The notes: generated by a model not told the origin, from the letters alone. A DNA stretch of 64,000 nucleotides from an uncultured Gammaproteobacteria bacterium (GCA_964560005.1 CAZLKB010000001.1:221216-285215), one strand, 5' to 3'. Counted from the first letter of the stretch, positions 28,262-38,044 are shown. A program made the numbers and translations.

Positions 28262-29551
28262 TTAAATCCACCCCCATTTTTTCAATGACTCGAAATCGCT
28301 GTTCATAAATTTTACCCCGATATCCGTCCGATAAAACATTTTAGGAATAACTACTTTGTTGATTAAGCCGTAGACATTTTTTCTAGCCTTTTCAATATTT
28401 TTGCCAATACCAGTTATAAATAAAATAGATCCATTATGACCGCTAATAAAATATTTACCAGATTCTTTATTAAAAGAAGCTTCTTCAAAGTGTACTCTGC
28501 TTAGTTCATCTTTGGTTAAGTTGTTTTTAAAGGATATCTCCACTCCTTTGAGGTAGCCATTATAATCATCTACCTTATAGGGAAATGGTGGCGTAACTAG
28601 ACAGACTACAATTCCCATTCCCTTTTTGTATTTTAAATCAAATTTTTCTCCCCTAGCTATTGAGAGAAGAAAATCTTTCCATTTTGAAATATGCAATTCG
28701 TCTTGAAGGTGAAAGGCAGGCGAACCTAGGCGCATAGTTAGCTCAAGCGGGTTGGCCTTATTTTCGTTAACAATAAAATTTATATCAACATCCCCCTTGA
28801 AACCAATTTTTTTTAATAATGGCTTAAGTTTTTCCAAGTTTTCTTTAAATAAGCGAAAACTATCATCAGCTTCATACCAAATTATCGTGCCCATTTCTCC
28901 TGTTTTCGGCCCGATATCATCATTAAACAGACTTTTGTGCTCTATATTAATTTCTACTGGGCCGACCCAGTCGCTACCGTTAAAATATCGAGCCGTGCCT
29001 ATTTCTATCCCATCCACTCTTTCTTGCAGATTGATGGAATGTAATTCTTTGATGTTTTTGTAACTTTTCAGCAAGCTGATCACATCTTCTCCGTTATCCA
29101 GCTCGCCGACATAATTTATTATATTAATATGGTCGTTTTGCTTTAAAACCCATTTTTTTGGATTTTTTTTCACAAAGTTGATCGCTTCGTCTAATGAATT
29201 AAAATTTTTGGAAAATAATGTCTCGATGCCGTATTCAGCTAATATTTTCTGCCCAAACTCCCTGTCTTTTTCCAGCTTATCTCCGATTTCGCTCCCGCCA
29301 AAAACCAGATAGCCTTGTTTTCTTAAATCATCTTGCTCTTTTCCGTAACCCACATCATCGAAGACAATCAGGCCGTCTTTGCCGACCCAGTCGAGTTCCT
29401 GGCGCCAGTCGTCGGTTTTTTCTACCATATTCTCAAAACTATCTTTTCTGCTCTCATCTTTAATAAATAGCTTAACTTCGCAACCCTCCTGTTTTAGCCG
29501 ATAGGCTAAGTCTCCCGCGATCAATTCTCCGGAAACAAATAATACTCGCAT
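28262..29551 (-). CDS. ATP-grasp enzyme, phosphoribosylamine-glycine ligase (PurD)-like
   Basis: 429 aa with PurD-like N/ATP-grasp/C layout (MRVLFVSG..., KDREFGQKILAEYGI). It is divergent and lacks the canonical GGREHA. Confidence 0.55.
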   Translation of the reverse strand: MRVLFVSGELIAGDLAYRLKQEGCEVKLFIKDESRKDSFENMVEKTDDWRQELDWVGKDGLIVFDDVGYGKEQDDLRKQGYLVFGGSEIGDKLEKDREFGQKILAEYGIETLFSKNFNSLDEAINFVKKNPKKWVLKQNDHINIINYVGELDNGEDVISLLKSYKNIKELHSINLQERVDGIEIGTARYFNGSDWVGPVEINIEHKSLFNDDIGPKTGEMGTIIWYEADDSFRLFKENLEKLKPLLKKIGFKGDVDINFIVNENKANPLELTMRLGSPAFHLQDELHISKWKDFLLSIARGEKFDLKYKKGMGIVVCLVTPPFPYKVDDYNGYLKGVEISFKNNLTKDELSRVHFEEASFNKESGKYFISGHNGSILFITGIGKNIEKARKNVYGLINKVVIPKMFYRTDIGVKFMNSDFESLKKWGWI

Positions 29552-29572
29552 AATAAATATTAATTAAATAGA

Positions 29573-30082
29573 CTAATTAATAACTTCAAAATTGTCTGGC
29601 GCCAGGCTTTCGCTATCAATATTTTCTTGGTCGCTTACTTCGCCAGGGCAATTTTCATCTCCCGTTATGCATTCGCTGCTTTTTCCAGATTCTTTTTGAT
29701 TTTTTAAATATTCTGACGGGTCGCTGCACTGTTCGTCTTCAGTTTTAGTTGCTTCATCACATAGCGTTTCCGTGCAATCTTCTCCTGCTTGGCAAATAAG
29801 CGGCGGGCAGTCTGATCCGTTAGGGTCACATACGGGAATAGCGCTAGCCTTTTTTTCTATAAATTTATAATAACTGATCCGTTCATCCGGATTTTCCGGA
29901 CATTCGCTATCGTCAACCGGGTCGCACTCATAGATAAAACATTTTTCCGTTGCCGGGTCGCAGTCTGCCTCTGACATAATATAATAATCTTTCAGTATGT
30001 AAAATTTATAAAAAGAGAAGACGGCTACGATAAAAATAATAGAAAAAAGGACTGAAAAAAATATTTTTGATTTTTTATCCAT
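29573..30082 (-). CDS. membrane-anchored acidic Cys-rich protein, unknown function
   Basis: An N-terminal TM helix, then an acidic ectodomain with 13 Cys (CDPATEKCFIYECDP...). Confidence 0.5.
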   Translation of the reverse strand: MDKKSKIFFSVLFSIIFIVAVFSFYKFYILKDYYIMSEADCDPATEKCFIYECDPVDDSECPENPDERISYYKFIEKKASAIPVCDPNGSDCPPLICQAGEDCTETLCDEATKTEDEQCSDPSEYLKNQKESGKSSECITGDENCPGEVSDQENIDSESLAPDNFEVIN

Positions 30083-30437
30083 ATTTATTAGATTATATTT
30101 TTCTAAAATTAAAGCAAATAGGATTGTAAAGAATACATTTAAAAATGGCTCTTCTAGGGAGTACCTATTAAGAGTTTAACATTTTATCGGGAAGAAATCC
30201 AGTGCATACAATAGTCAAGGATTATAAATGCTCGGGTTTATAATGAATTTATATCAACCCTCTACCATCTTCCCCGGAAGAGTGATATAAATAATAGTAA
30301 ATGGAGGAAAATTGACCCTGATGTTTTAAATTCGCTCGAACCGCGCCGGTTTTAATTAAACCCGGCGTCTCCGGCTCGCTTAAAACAAAGGGGAGTTCTT
30401 TCAAAATGTTTTAATTTAGTAAGAGAAAGAATCGAAT

Positions 30438-31934
30438 ATGAATGTACTATTACTTTACGCCAAGTTTCCGGATACTTTCTGGAGCTTTATACATGCGTTG
30501 AAATTCGTTAGCAAGAAAGCATCGTTGCCGCCTATGGGTCTCGCCACCGTGGCAGCAATGCTGCCCCGGGAGTGGGGGAAACGGCTGGTGGATGTAAATG
30601 TGCGGGAACTGCGCGATGATGATCTGGCTTGGGCTGACTGCGTTTTCATCAGTGCCATGAATGCCCAGTTAGATTCGGTGCGCAAGCTGATCGCGCGATG
30701 CCGCGCGGTAGGTAAAATCATCGTAGCCGGCGGGCCGCTTTTCACGCTTGAGCATGAGCAGTTTCCCGAAGTGAATCACTTCATCCTTAATGAGGCGGAA
30801 GTGACTTTGCCGAAGTTTTTACGGGATTTCGCCAGTGGTAATGCGAAACGTTTGTATACTTCAAGCGAATTTGCCGATATTCATCAGACGCCACCGCCGC
30901 TCTGGGAGTTGGTGAACTTTAAACAGTATGCATCAATGAGCCTGCAATTCTCGCGTGGCTGTCCGCATGGCTGCGACTTCTGCAGTGTTACCGCAATGTT
31001 AGGACATCGTCCCCGCACTAAGACCACCGCCCAGGTTATCGCCGAGTTGGATATCCTGCATCGGCTAGGTTGGCGCAAAGCAGTTTTCTTCGTGGACGAC
31101 AACTTCATTGGCAAAAAACAATTCCTCAAAACCGAGCTCTTGCCAGCGCTAATAGCCTGGCAAAAGAAAAACGGCTACAGTACGCCCTTCTTCACCGAAG
31201 CATCCATCGACCTGGCTGATGACGATGAATTAATGCGGTTAATGGTAGAGGCCGGATTCAATCAGGTATTCATCGGCATCGAGACGCCTAACGAGGCGAG
31301 TTTAAAAGAGTGCAATAAACGCCAAAACCTAAAACGCAATTTGGTCGAGGCTGTAAAGCACATTCAAAGCATGGGGCTGGAGGTGCAGGCTGGGTTCATC
31401 ATTGGATTTGATCATGACGACGAGACAATCTTTCAACGTATGATTGATTTCATCCAACGAAGCGGTATTGTTACGGCTATGGTTGGTCTGCTACAGGCCA
31501 TTCCGGGTACGCCGCTTTATGAGCGGCTGAAAAAAGAGCATCGTCTGACCGGAGACACCTCCGGCAATAACACGGATGCGACTACCAACTTCCTCACGAA
31601 GATGAATCCGGAGACATTGCGACAGGGATACCGGGACTTGATTAAATACATCTATTCACCCGGTCCGTATTACGCGAGAATTCGCAGATTCCTGCGTGAA
31701 TACCATCGGCCGAAAGTCACGCGCGCGCTTAGCTGGAATAACTTCAGGGCGTTTATCCACGCCAATGTCCGCCTGGGCATTTTCGGCCGCGAACGGTTTC
31801 ATTACTGGAGCTTATTGGTCTTGACGGTTTTTCGCCGGCCTTTCCATTTTCCGCTGGCAGTTACCCTGTCTATCTACGGCCACCATTTTCGCAGGGTGGC
31901 CAAATCAGTTTTGGCTGTAGTCCGCGCTAAATAG
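30438..31934 (+). CDS. B12-binding-domain radical SAM protein with DUF4070-like C-terminal region
   Basis: The N-terminal Rossmann-like LLLYAKFP...GLATVAAMLP pattern matches B12-binding rSAM enzymes. The SRGCPHGCDFCS motif is CxxxCxxC. GC-rich. Confidence 0.8.
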   Translation: MNVLLLYAKFPDTFWSFIHALKFVSKKASLPPMGLATVAAMLPREWGKRLVDVNVRELRDDDLAWADCVFISAMNAQLDSVRKLIARCRAVGKIIVAGGPLFTLEHEQFPEVNHFILNEAEVTLPKFLRDFASGNAKRLYTSSEFADIHQTPPPLWELVNFKQYASMSLQFSRGCPHGCDFCSVTAMLGHRPRTKTTAQVIAELDILHRLGWRKAVFFVDDNFIGKKQFLKTELLPALIAWQKKNGYSTPFFTEASIDLADDDELMRLMVEAGFNQVFIGIETPNEASLKECNKRQNLKRNLVEAVKHIQSMGLEVQAGFIIGFDHDDETIFQRMIDFIQRSGIVTAMVGLLQAIPGTPLYERLKKEHRLTGDTSGNNTDATTNFLTKMNPETLRQGYRDLIKYIYSPGPYYARIRRFLREYHRPKVTRALSWNNFRAFIHANVRLGIFGRERFHYWSLLVLTVFRRPFHFPLAVTLSIYGHHFRRVAKSVLAVVRAK

Positions 31935-32188
31935 CGCAGCCATCACCAAATTAAAACACCAAACCGTACGGTTTTCTCGCCTCGCTAAAGCGACAGCGAA
32001 GTAAGCCGTCCGGTTTTTTTTATTCGCTGTTTTAGAAGTAAAAAGCTATGATTAGCCGTAATTCTTGACAAAAACGAAAGATTCGTAGTAGGGTATAACG
32101 ATATGGAAAACCAAACGGGCATGGTTTTCCGTAAGTTCGTTGCAAAAAACAAAATGCCCAAAACAAAACAAAGAAATACAAAAAGTAA

Positions 32189-33775
32189 ATGAAACCGAAA
32201 TTAATGAAAGTGGCGGTGTTAACCGCCGCTCTGCAACAGATCGTATCTCGAGAAAAACAGGACAAATATCCACTTTTGCCAGTTCTACAATGGCTGGAGC
32301 TTGCCAAAAAAATCGGTTGCGACGGCATTGAACTCGCGGCCGCCCTGCATCCGCTCGACTCCTACGTGCCGGCTGAAGCCATGCTCGACCCGGTGGCGGA
32401 TCATCTGCCCTTAAGGCAAGAACTCTCGGATAGGGATGCCGGATTTATTATCGACTGGTCGAGAGTAACCGGGGTGAAGATCTACGACCTGGGCGTTTTC
32501 GAGAACCTGCTTCATCATGATCCGGCCATCCGCGCCAAGATCCACGCTCATGTGCTCAAGGCGGCCAGGGCGGCTGATAAATTGCGCTCGGCCGGCTGCC
32601 GGGGCGTGGCCGGCTTCATCGGCCGCGACATCACCGAGGACATGGACCAGCAACTGGCCCTGTTCGAGGAGCGGGTGATTCCACTGTTCAGGGAGTTCAA
32701 GAAGCTGGGGCTTACTTATTGGGTTGAACCCTGCCCCATGCCCGGCTGGAACACCACCGACACTTATATTAATAATGTCGCCTACTGCCCGGGCATGTGG
32801 ATCGCACTGTACAAGATTTGCGAAAAGCACAATGTGGAAGATGTTTTCCGCATCACCTACGACGAATCCCATGACATTCTCATGGGCACCTCGCATCATG
32901 GTTCGTTCTCCGCCATGACAGCTGCTGGCTTGCCATTCGTTGTCAGCCGTTTTCACGGCAAGGACCAGGTGGCCGATCAGGCAAAACTGGCTGTTTGGGG
33001 TTATCGCGGCCAAACCGTGCTTCGAGGCGATCGGCACGACGGCAAACCGGACCCGGACCCGAGGAAACAGTGCAACGCCTGGGGGGTCATGACAGCCAGC
33101 CATGGGCTTCCGGGTTTGGTCTTTTATAATCCGGCCAATATGGCCGCCCGGCGCCAAGTGGATTGGCTAGACCATCAGCTGGCGGCTAGGCGCGTACTGG
33201 GTTTGGACCCGGAAGAAACCGTGTTCATCATCGAGCACGAATGGGGTTCGGCCAGGAAACAGAATCTGGAAATGGTAACTGCCATCCTCTCCGCCTCGGT
33301 CGAGTTCATCAAAGGCATCGATCGAGCCGCGGCAGCTATGTATCAGGCCGAAACCGAAATCTGCCCGCAATTTAGTTTAGATCTGCCAAGCGACCTGGAC
33401 AATACCATGTATGATATTCTGGGGCTGGCGGAGGCCACGGCCCTGGACCCCTCGTCGGCGCTTCAAACTGCCGAACAGCCCGAGGCCGTAGAGCCGGCCG
33501 TTCCATTGCCTCCGTTCGCTGCCGTGCCGCCGGCCGAAGTCCCGGGCCTTAAGTCCGAACCGCCGGAAATCGTTGAGACGCCTCTTGCTCCGCCCCGCGA
33601 TCAGCTAGATAAGGGGATAGCGCCGCCCGGACCGGCCGCAACCGATGTGAACGAGTCAAAGCGCCGAGCCTCAGAAGCGGAACCGTTCGGGCCCAAAGCT
33701 GAGGCGGCGGCTGAACCGCCCTCGTCTGCGGTTGCGACTAACGAAGCAGAATATCCAGGCCGCGCCTGCGATTAA
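32189..33775 (+). CDS. xylose-isomerase-like TIM-barrel protein with about 130-aa Pro/Ala/Glu-rich tail
   Basis: GCDGIELAA... and the YWVEPCP pattern suggest the AP-endonuclease-2/sugar-phosphate-isomerase TIM barrel. The C-terminus is low complexity (PEAVEPAVPLPPFAAVPPAEVPG...). Confidence 0.55.
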   Translation: MKPKLMKVAVLTAALQQIVSREKQDKYPLLPVLQWLELAKKIGCDGIELAAALHPLDSYVPAEAMLDPVADHLPLRQELSDRDAGFIIDWSRVTGVKIYDLGVFENLLHHDPAIRAKIHAHVLKAARAADKLRSAGCRGVAGFIGRDITEDMDQQLALFEERVIPLFREFKKLGLTYWVEPCPMPGWNTTDTYINNVAYCPGMWIALYKICEKHNVEDVFRITYDESHDILMGTSHHGSFSAMTAAGLPFVVSRFHGKDQVADQAKLAVWGYRGQTVLRGDRHDGKPDPDPRKQCNAWGVMTASHGLPGLVFYNPANMAARRQVDWLDHQLAARRVLGLDPEETVFIIEHEWGSARKQNLEMVTAILSASVEFIKGIDRAAAAMYQAETEICPQFSLDLPSDLDNTMYDILGLAEATALDPSSALQTAEQPEAVEPAVPLPPFAAVPPAEVPGLKSEPPEIVETPLAPPRDQLDKGIAPPGPAATDVNESKRRASEAEPFGPKAEAAAEPPSSAVATNEAEYPGRACD

Positions 33776-33812
33776 ATCATGAGCGGGCGCACCCGCTCTT
33801 TAGTAAACATAA

Positions 33813-33848
33813 AGCCCCTCCAGATAATTCTGGAAGGGCTCTTTTTTT
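33813..33848 (+). terminator. rho-independent terminator
   Basis: agcccctccaga-taat-tctggaagggct followed by ctttttttt. Confidence 0.75.
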
Positions 33849-33928
33849 AATAATATAATACGAATACTACGAATACTCAATCAGCAATATTTGTAGTATT
33901 TGCGTACAATTTGTAGTATTCGGATATA

Positions 33929-35890
33929 TTATAGGTTAAAAAGCTCTAAGTGTATCTTTTTAGCTTCTTGGTCGGATAATTCTTTATATACCACCCTGAC
34001 CGTGTATCTTATTTTATCGGCCAGAGGATAAACATCGGCGACAGTTAAGCTCCAAAGATGGTTTTTATCCAGTTTTTTTTCCAGTTCGCCCAGGCGCTTA
34101 TAGATAGATTGGTTTTTAGGCAATTCAATATTGGCGTCCAAAGAAATTAATTTTTGCGTTATCTCAACCACCGGATTATTTATTGCCTCTTTGAGCAGGG
34201 AGGTAATCAGGGTTAAATTAATTTCGGCAAAATAAACATTTAATTTATTATCGTCCGGCGCCAGCTTATAGATTATGCCGGTAGATTTTTCGTTAACAAA
34301 AATGTCCCAGCAGGAGTCGGGGTTGGCGATCTTCGGTTTTACTTTAGAGCTAAAATATTTAATATCGGAAAAGCCGATTGAACGCAGTAAGGTTTCCAGA
34401 TTATTTTTAAATTGGCCGAGCGACTTATTTTTTTCGGCCGACAAGATGCCTAAAGATTCGTGTTCAAGATATTTTCCTCCCTGCTCCCCGAAAATTTTTC
34501 CGATTTCAAAAATTTGAATAAATTCCAGATTTTTTTTGAAGTATTCATTTAACTGAATTTTTAGGCCGGCCGCCATTGACTGCCTTAAATCAGGGAATAG
34601 GTCGTTGATTGAGTTTTGAGTGGTGATCGCCTTCCAGTCAAGATAATTAACCGAGTCTTTGCCTTCCGGTTTAGTCAGAGGCCAAGACAAAACTTCGTCA
34701 AAGCCTCGGGCGGTCAATATATCCCTGATAATTTCCGCCAGAACAATATTTTTCGGCGTGATATCCGGCACGACCTCAAGACTGGGAGCGGCGTCAGCAG
34801 GTATTTTATCATAGCCATAAATTCTGATAACCTCCTCAACCAAGTCTTCCGGCAATTCCAAATCCTGCCGGTAGGTCGGGGGCGTGATCAAGAATTTTTT
34901 ACCCGATTTTTTAACAATAAAATTTAGATCATTGAATATTTTGAGCGTCTTGACTTGTGGAATGTCTATGCCGGCTAATTTACTCGGCGATTCGGCTTCA
35001 AATTCTATGGTCGGAGAAATATACTTTTTAGGATAATAATCAAACAGCCGGCTGGCGACTCGGCCGCCGGCGTATTCTTCAATTAAAGCAACAAGCATTT
35101 CCAAAGCGGCCCGGGCGCCGTTCGGATCCAATTCTTTTTCCAGCCGATGGCTGGCTTCGGTTACGATATTCAACTGGCGCGAATTTTTTCTAATCACCGC
35201 GCGGTCGTAGATCGCTACCTCGGCGATAAGGTCGGTGGTTTTATTGTCAATTTCAGCCGCTTTGCCGCCCACGATGCCGGCCAGGGCGATAATATTTTTG
35301 TCGTCTCTGATGATAATTTCATTATCTTTTTTGAGCGCGACCGCGGTGCCGAACAAAGTGGTAACCTCGTTAAAATCATTATTGAGCGACCAGGCGAGAT
35401 TTCCCTGAATTTTGTTAAAATCAATCAAATGCGACGGATAGCCGGTTAGGAACATCACATAATTTGATAAATCTACCAGCAGGTTAACGCTATTCAGCCC
35501 CTGCAGTCCGATATATTCCTTAAGCCAGGCCGGCGATTCTTGATTTTTGAGGCCGGTCAATTTAACGGCGGTTATTCTTTTAACGAATTTACCAGCCTCA
35601 ACTTTAATTTCCAGCTTTTCCTGACCCGGAGTAATTTTTTTTATTAACGGCAGTCTTACTTTTAAGCCATAATAGGCGGCTGCTTCTCCGGCCAGTCCGA
35701 AAACCGACAGGCAGTCGGCGCGGTTTTGCCTAACCTCAAAACTCAAAAGATAATCCGAACGGTTTTTATATTTAACTTCGGTAAAACCGTCCATCATAAA
35801 ACCGGTCAAGGTCAGAGCCTGGCCGACTTCTCTAGCCCCGGCTTTAAGGCCGGGCGCTAATTCTTTAATTTGACTGTATAGTATTTTCAT
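33929..35890 (-). CDS. pheT: phenylalanine-tRNA ligase beta subunit
   Basis: MKILYSQIKELAPGL start, with B3/4 and B5-like regions. ATG at 35890 is preferred over the extended track start. Confidence 0.9.
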   Translation of the reverse strand: MKILYSQIKELAPGLKAGAREVGQALTLTGFMMDGFTEVKYKNRSDYLLSFEVRQNRADCLSVFGLAGEAAAYYGLKVRLPLIKKITPGQEKLEIKVEAGKFVKRITAVKLTGLKNQESPAWLKEYIGLQGLNSVNLLVDLSNYVMFLTGYPSHLIDFNKIQGNLAWSLNNDFNEVTTLFGTAVALKKDNEIIIRDDKNIIALAGIVGGKAAEIDNKTTDLIAEVAIYDRAVIRKNSRQLNIVTEASHRLEKELDPNGARAALEMLVALIEEYAGGRVASRLFDYYPKKYISPTIEFEAESPSKLAGIDIPQVKTLKIFNDLNFIVKKSGKKFLITPPTYRQDLELPEDLVEEVIRIYGYDKIPADAAPSLEVVPDITPKNIVLAEIIRDILTARGFDEVLSWPLTKPEGKDSVNYLDWKAITTQNSINDLFPDLRQSMAAGLKIQLNEYFKKNLEFIQIFEIGKIFGEQGGKYLEHESLGILSAEKNKSLGQFKNNLETLLRSIGFSDIKYFSSKVKPKIANPDSCWDIFVNEKSTGIIYKLAPDDNKLNVYFAEINLTLITSLLKEAINNPVVEITQKLISLDANIELPKNQSIYKRLGELEKKLDKNHLWSLTVADVYPLADKIRYTVRVVYKELSDQEAKKIHLELFNL

Positions 35891-36908
35891 TTTCGTAATA
35901 TTTATATCCCAGGTTTCCTCCCAGTAAAGTCCTGATATCGGTAATTTTGTATTTGGCCATGACCAGGCGGTCCAGCCCCAAACCGAAAGCAAAACCCAGC
36001 CATTTTTTAGAGTCAATCCCGGCCATTTTCATAACCTTGGGATGAATCATGCCGGCGCCGGCGATCTCCAGCCAGCCCACGCTTTTACAAACCGCGCAGC
36101 CCGCCCCCCGGCAGTTAAAGCATCGCAAATCAACGCCCAAGCCCGGCTCCACTTCAGGATAATATTTATTGCGGTAGCGGATGATCACATCAGATCCGTA
36201 TAGTTTTTTTAATAAAATATTCAGTATGCCGAATAAATCCTTTAAGCTGGTTTGTTTTAGCACAGCCACGGCTTGATATTGGTGGAAGATAAAATGATTG
36301 CTCTTATTTACATTTTCATTGCGGTAGACTCGGCCGGGAGAGACGATTTTAAAAGGCGGCTTATAATTTTTTAGCGCCCTAGCTTCAATTGAAGAAGTCT
36401 GCGTTCTTAAGAGAAAATTCGGTTCTTTAATATAGATAGAGTCCTGCATGTCCCTGGCCGGGTGGTCTTTGGGCACATTTAATCTTTGAAAGCAGTATTC
36501 GTCTTCTTCTATTTCCGGGCCGTCCATAATACTAAAGCCCAGGCCTAAAAATAGCCGGTTTATTTCCCTGATCGTCTTGGTGATGGGGTGAAGGTGGCCG
36601 ATTTTCGGAATATTGTAATTTAACTCTTCAGCTTCGGATTTTAATTTATCGGCCAGTTTATGGCTAGCCAAGGCGCTTTCTCGCGCCTTAAATATATCCA
36701 TGGCTTCAAGATACAGTTTTTGCATTAGCGGTGCCTTGGTTTTCTTTTCGGACGCGGGCAGGTTTTTTATTTCTTTTAGCGCCAGTTTAATTGAACCGGA
36801 ATCGCCCAAATACCGGCGCCAGATTTTTTCCGTATCCGCCGTAGCTTTGGCGGATAAGAGATCCGCCCTTAGGGTTGCTAGTAGAGTTTTTATTTTATTT
36901 TCAGGCAT
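35865..36908 (-). CDS. pheS: phenylalanine-tRNA ligase alpha subunit
   Basis: HPARDMQDSIYI, FRNE-like YRNENV and GFAFGLGLDRLVM class II motifs. ATG at 36908. Confidence 0.9.
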   Translation of the reverse strand: MPENKIKTLLATLRADLLSAKATADTEKIWRRYLGDSGSIKLALKEIKNLPASEKKTKAPLMQKLYLEAMDIFKARESALASHKLADKLKSEAEELNYNIPKIGHLHPITKTIREINRLFLGLGFSIMDGPEIEEDEYCFQRLNVPKDHPARDMQDSIYIKEPNFLLRTQTSSIEARALKNYKPPFKIVSPGRVYRNENVNKSNHFIFHQYQAVAVLKQTSLKDLFGILNILLKKLYGSDVIIRYRNKYYPEVEPGLGVDLRCFNCRGAGCAVCKSVGWLEIAGAGMIHPKVMKMAGIDSKKWLGFAFGLGLDRLVMAKYKITDIRTLLGGNLGYKYYENENTIQSN

Positions 36909-37135
36909 AATAAAGCGGCTCAAAACTAGATTTAGATGTAATCTAATCTTACTAAATTCAAAGGAAAATAGCAAATTAAATATGTATAAAATATTGACAA
37001 AAATTAGAAAATTATTTATTCTAATGTCTATGTTCTTATGGCTCTTTTGAAATTAAAATAAGAGGGGGTCGTAAGGATTGTCTGAAAACAAATCCCGCGC
37101 AAAAGGCGGGGCAAAAAATCAACAAAAAACTAACA

Positions 37136-37477
37136 ATGGCAAAATTATTACCCAGAGGAAGTATGTTTATGACCGTTCAAGAGACAGAGGGCGATAGGCT
37201 GAAGTTGCAGGCGCACCTGGAGCGCCAGGTGCGACATTTTATGTCGCGAAACGGCAAAGGCCGGCAAAAAGACAATAAAATTGTTAAACAATTTATCCAG
37301 CAAGGAGGCCAAGGCAGTAAGCGTGAGGTGCTCGCCGCCGTGCGCAACATTCGCCGAGGTGATCGGCTGGACTCCAAGGCGAGAATAAAGGCGGAGCATT
37401 CTGTCCCGTTTCCCGACATCCGCCGCAACCTCAATTACTTTGCCCGCTTGACGCAATGCCAACAAGGCGGTCGTTAA
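37136..37477 (+). CDS. small basic hypothetical protein (GC-rich)
   Basis: 113-aa ORF (start could be 37166/37172) with no recognisable motif, followed by a clean terminator. Confidence 0.4.
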   Translation: MAKLLPRGSMFMTVQETEGDRLKLQAHLERQVRHFMSRNGKGRQKDNKIVKQFIQQGGQGSKREVLAAVRNIRRGDRLDSKARIKAEHSVPFPDIRRNLNYFARLTQCQQGGR

Positions 37478-37491
37478 CCCGCTAATCTCAT

Positions 37492-37519
37492 GAGCCGTTA
37501 AGAAAACGGCTCTTTTTTT
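37492..37519 (+). terminator. rho-independent terminator
   Basis: gagccgtt-aagaa-aacggctc followed by ttttttt. Confidence 0.75.
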
Positions 37520-37599
37520 ACTGTTTTTTTGATTTTTAATTTTTCATTATATGTCAGATTTGCACTAAATTTATGTAAAATATTTTGCCAAACCGAGGC

Positions 37600-37628
37600 T
37601 TGACAGGTTGATTATAATAAAATATACT
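37600..37628 (+). promoter_or_regulatory. candidate sigma70-type promoter of the structured RNA unit
   Basis: TTGACA (37600-37605), a 17-nt spacer, then TATACT (37623-37628). Confidence 0.5.
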
Positions 37629-37634
37629 GTCTAT

Positions 37635-38044
37635 ACTTATTAGTTAACCGCACCTTGCAATTTTGGACAACCGGTAGGGTTACGAAGCACGAAAACAAGC
37701 CTCTTTTTGGTTTGAGGCCGACTTCGTTATGTGGCCGATAGTGGCGGTTCGGTTCCTCCGCCGACACTCCGTCTCGGCGTCCCGAGACGGCTTCTCGCCA
37801 CATCGGAGCGTGCTTGTGAGTCTCCGCCATGCTCATAGAGTTACCCGCTTATCGGTTGTCCATTTTTCCCCGCCAGAGAGAGGGGGTCCCGAAGGACCCG
37901 GTCCTTGAGTGTCACCATCGTTAGAGTGGTTGGCCGAATTCGTTCGGCCGAAAACCCAGATGGAGATCTCCCCCCTCTCTCCACATTTCCGAGCTACCGT
38001 CAGTGCCGCTAAAACAAAAAAGCGCCACCTCCGGTAGCTTTTTT
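37635..38044 (+). ncRNA. unclassified structured GC-rich RNA candidate (about 400 nt, two domains plus terminator)
   Basis: There is no credible ORF. Nested helices: GGACAACCG 37665-73 / CGGTTGTCC 37853-61; AAGCACG/CGTGCTT; ATGTGGC/GCCACAT; hairpins GGCGG..CCGCC and CCGTCTCGG-cgtc-CCGAGACGG. The second domain is closed by AGAGAGGGGG 37877-86 / CCCCCTCTCT 37971-80. Terminator GCTACCG...CGGTAGC plus T6 lies at 37993-38044. Confidence 0.5.

Noticed and set aside
32411-33157. Long antisense or alternative-frame ORFs inside GC-rich genes, for example 32411-33157 (248 aa), 13159-13581, 12535-12858, 54070-54429 and 55866-56267 across the tRNAs.
   Set aside because: These are typical stop-poor shadow frames of GC-rich sequence. 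Each overlaps a gene with clear family motifs or overlaps tRNA genes, and none has a recognisable motif or sensible start context.
37835-37861. agagttacccgcttatcggttgtcc resembles the 3' end of bacterial RNase P RNA (ACAGAACCCGGCUUAUCGG..., P4 3' strand plus P1). This suggested the 37.6-38.0 kb RNA might be RNase P RNA.
   Set aside because: The universally conserved P4 5' strand (GAGGAAAGUCC-type) is absent from the region. Domain 1 folds as a simple branched rod of about 197 nt with no P4 pseudoknot partner. I treat the similarity as coincidental until a covariance-model search says otherwise.
37900-38044. A T-box leader for trpS, given a structured RNA ending in a terminator upstream of an aminoacyl-tRNA synthetase gene.
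   Set aside because: No convincing T-box sequence was found; agagtggttggccg is only a weak match to AGGGUGGUACCGCG. No stem-I specifier architecture is present. The putative T-box is enclosed in a different stable helix. The terminator is about 145 nt from the trpS start.
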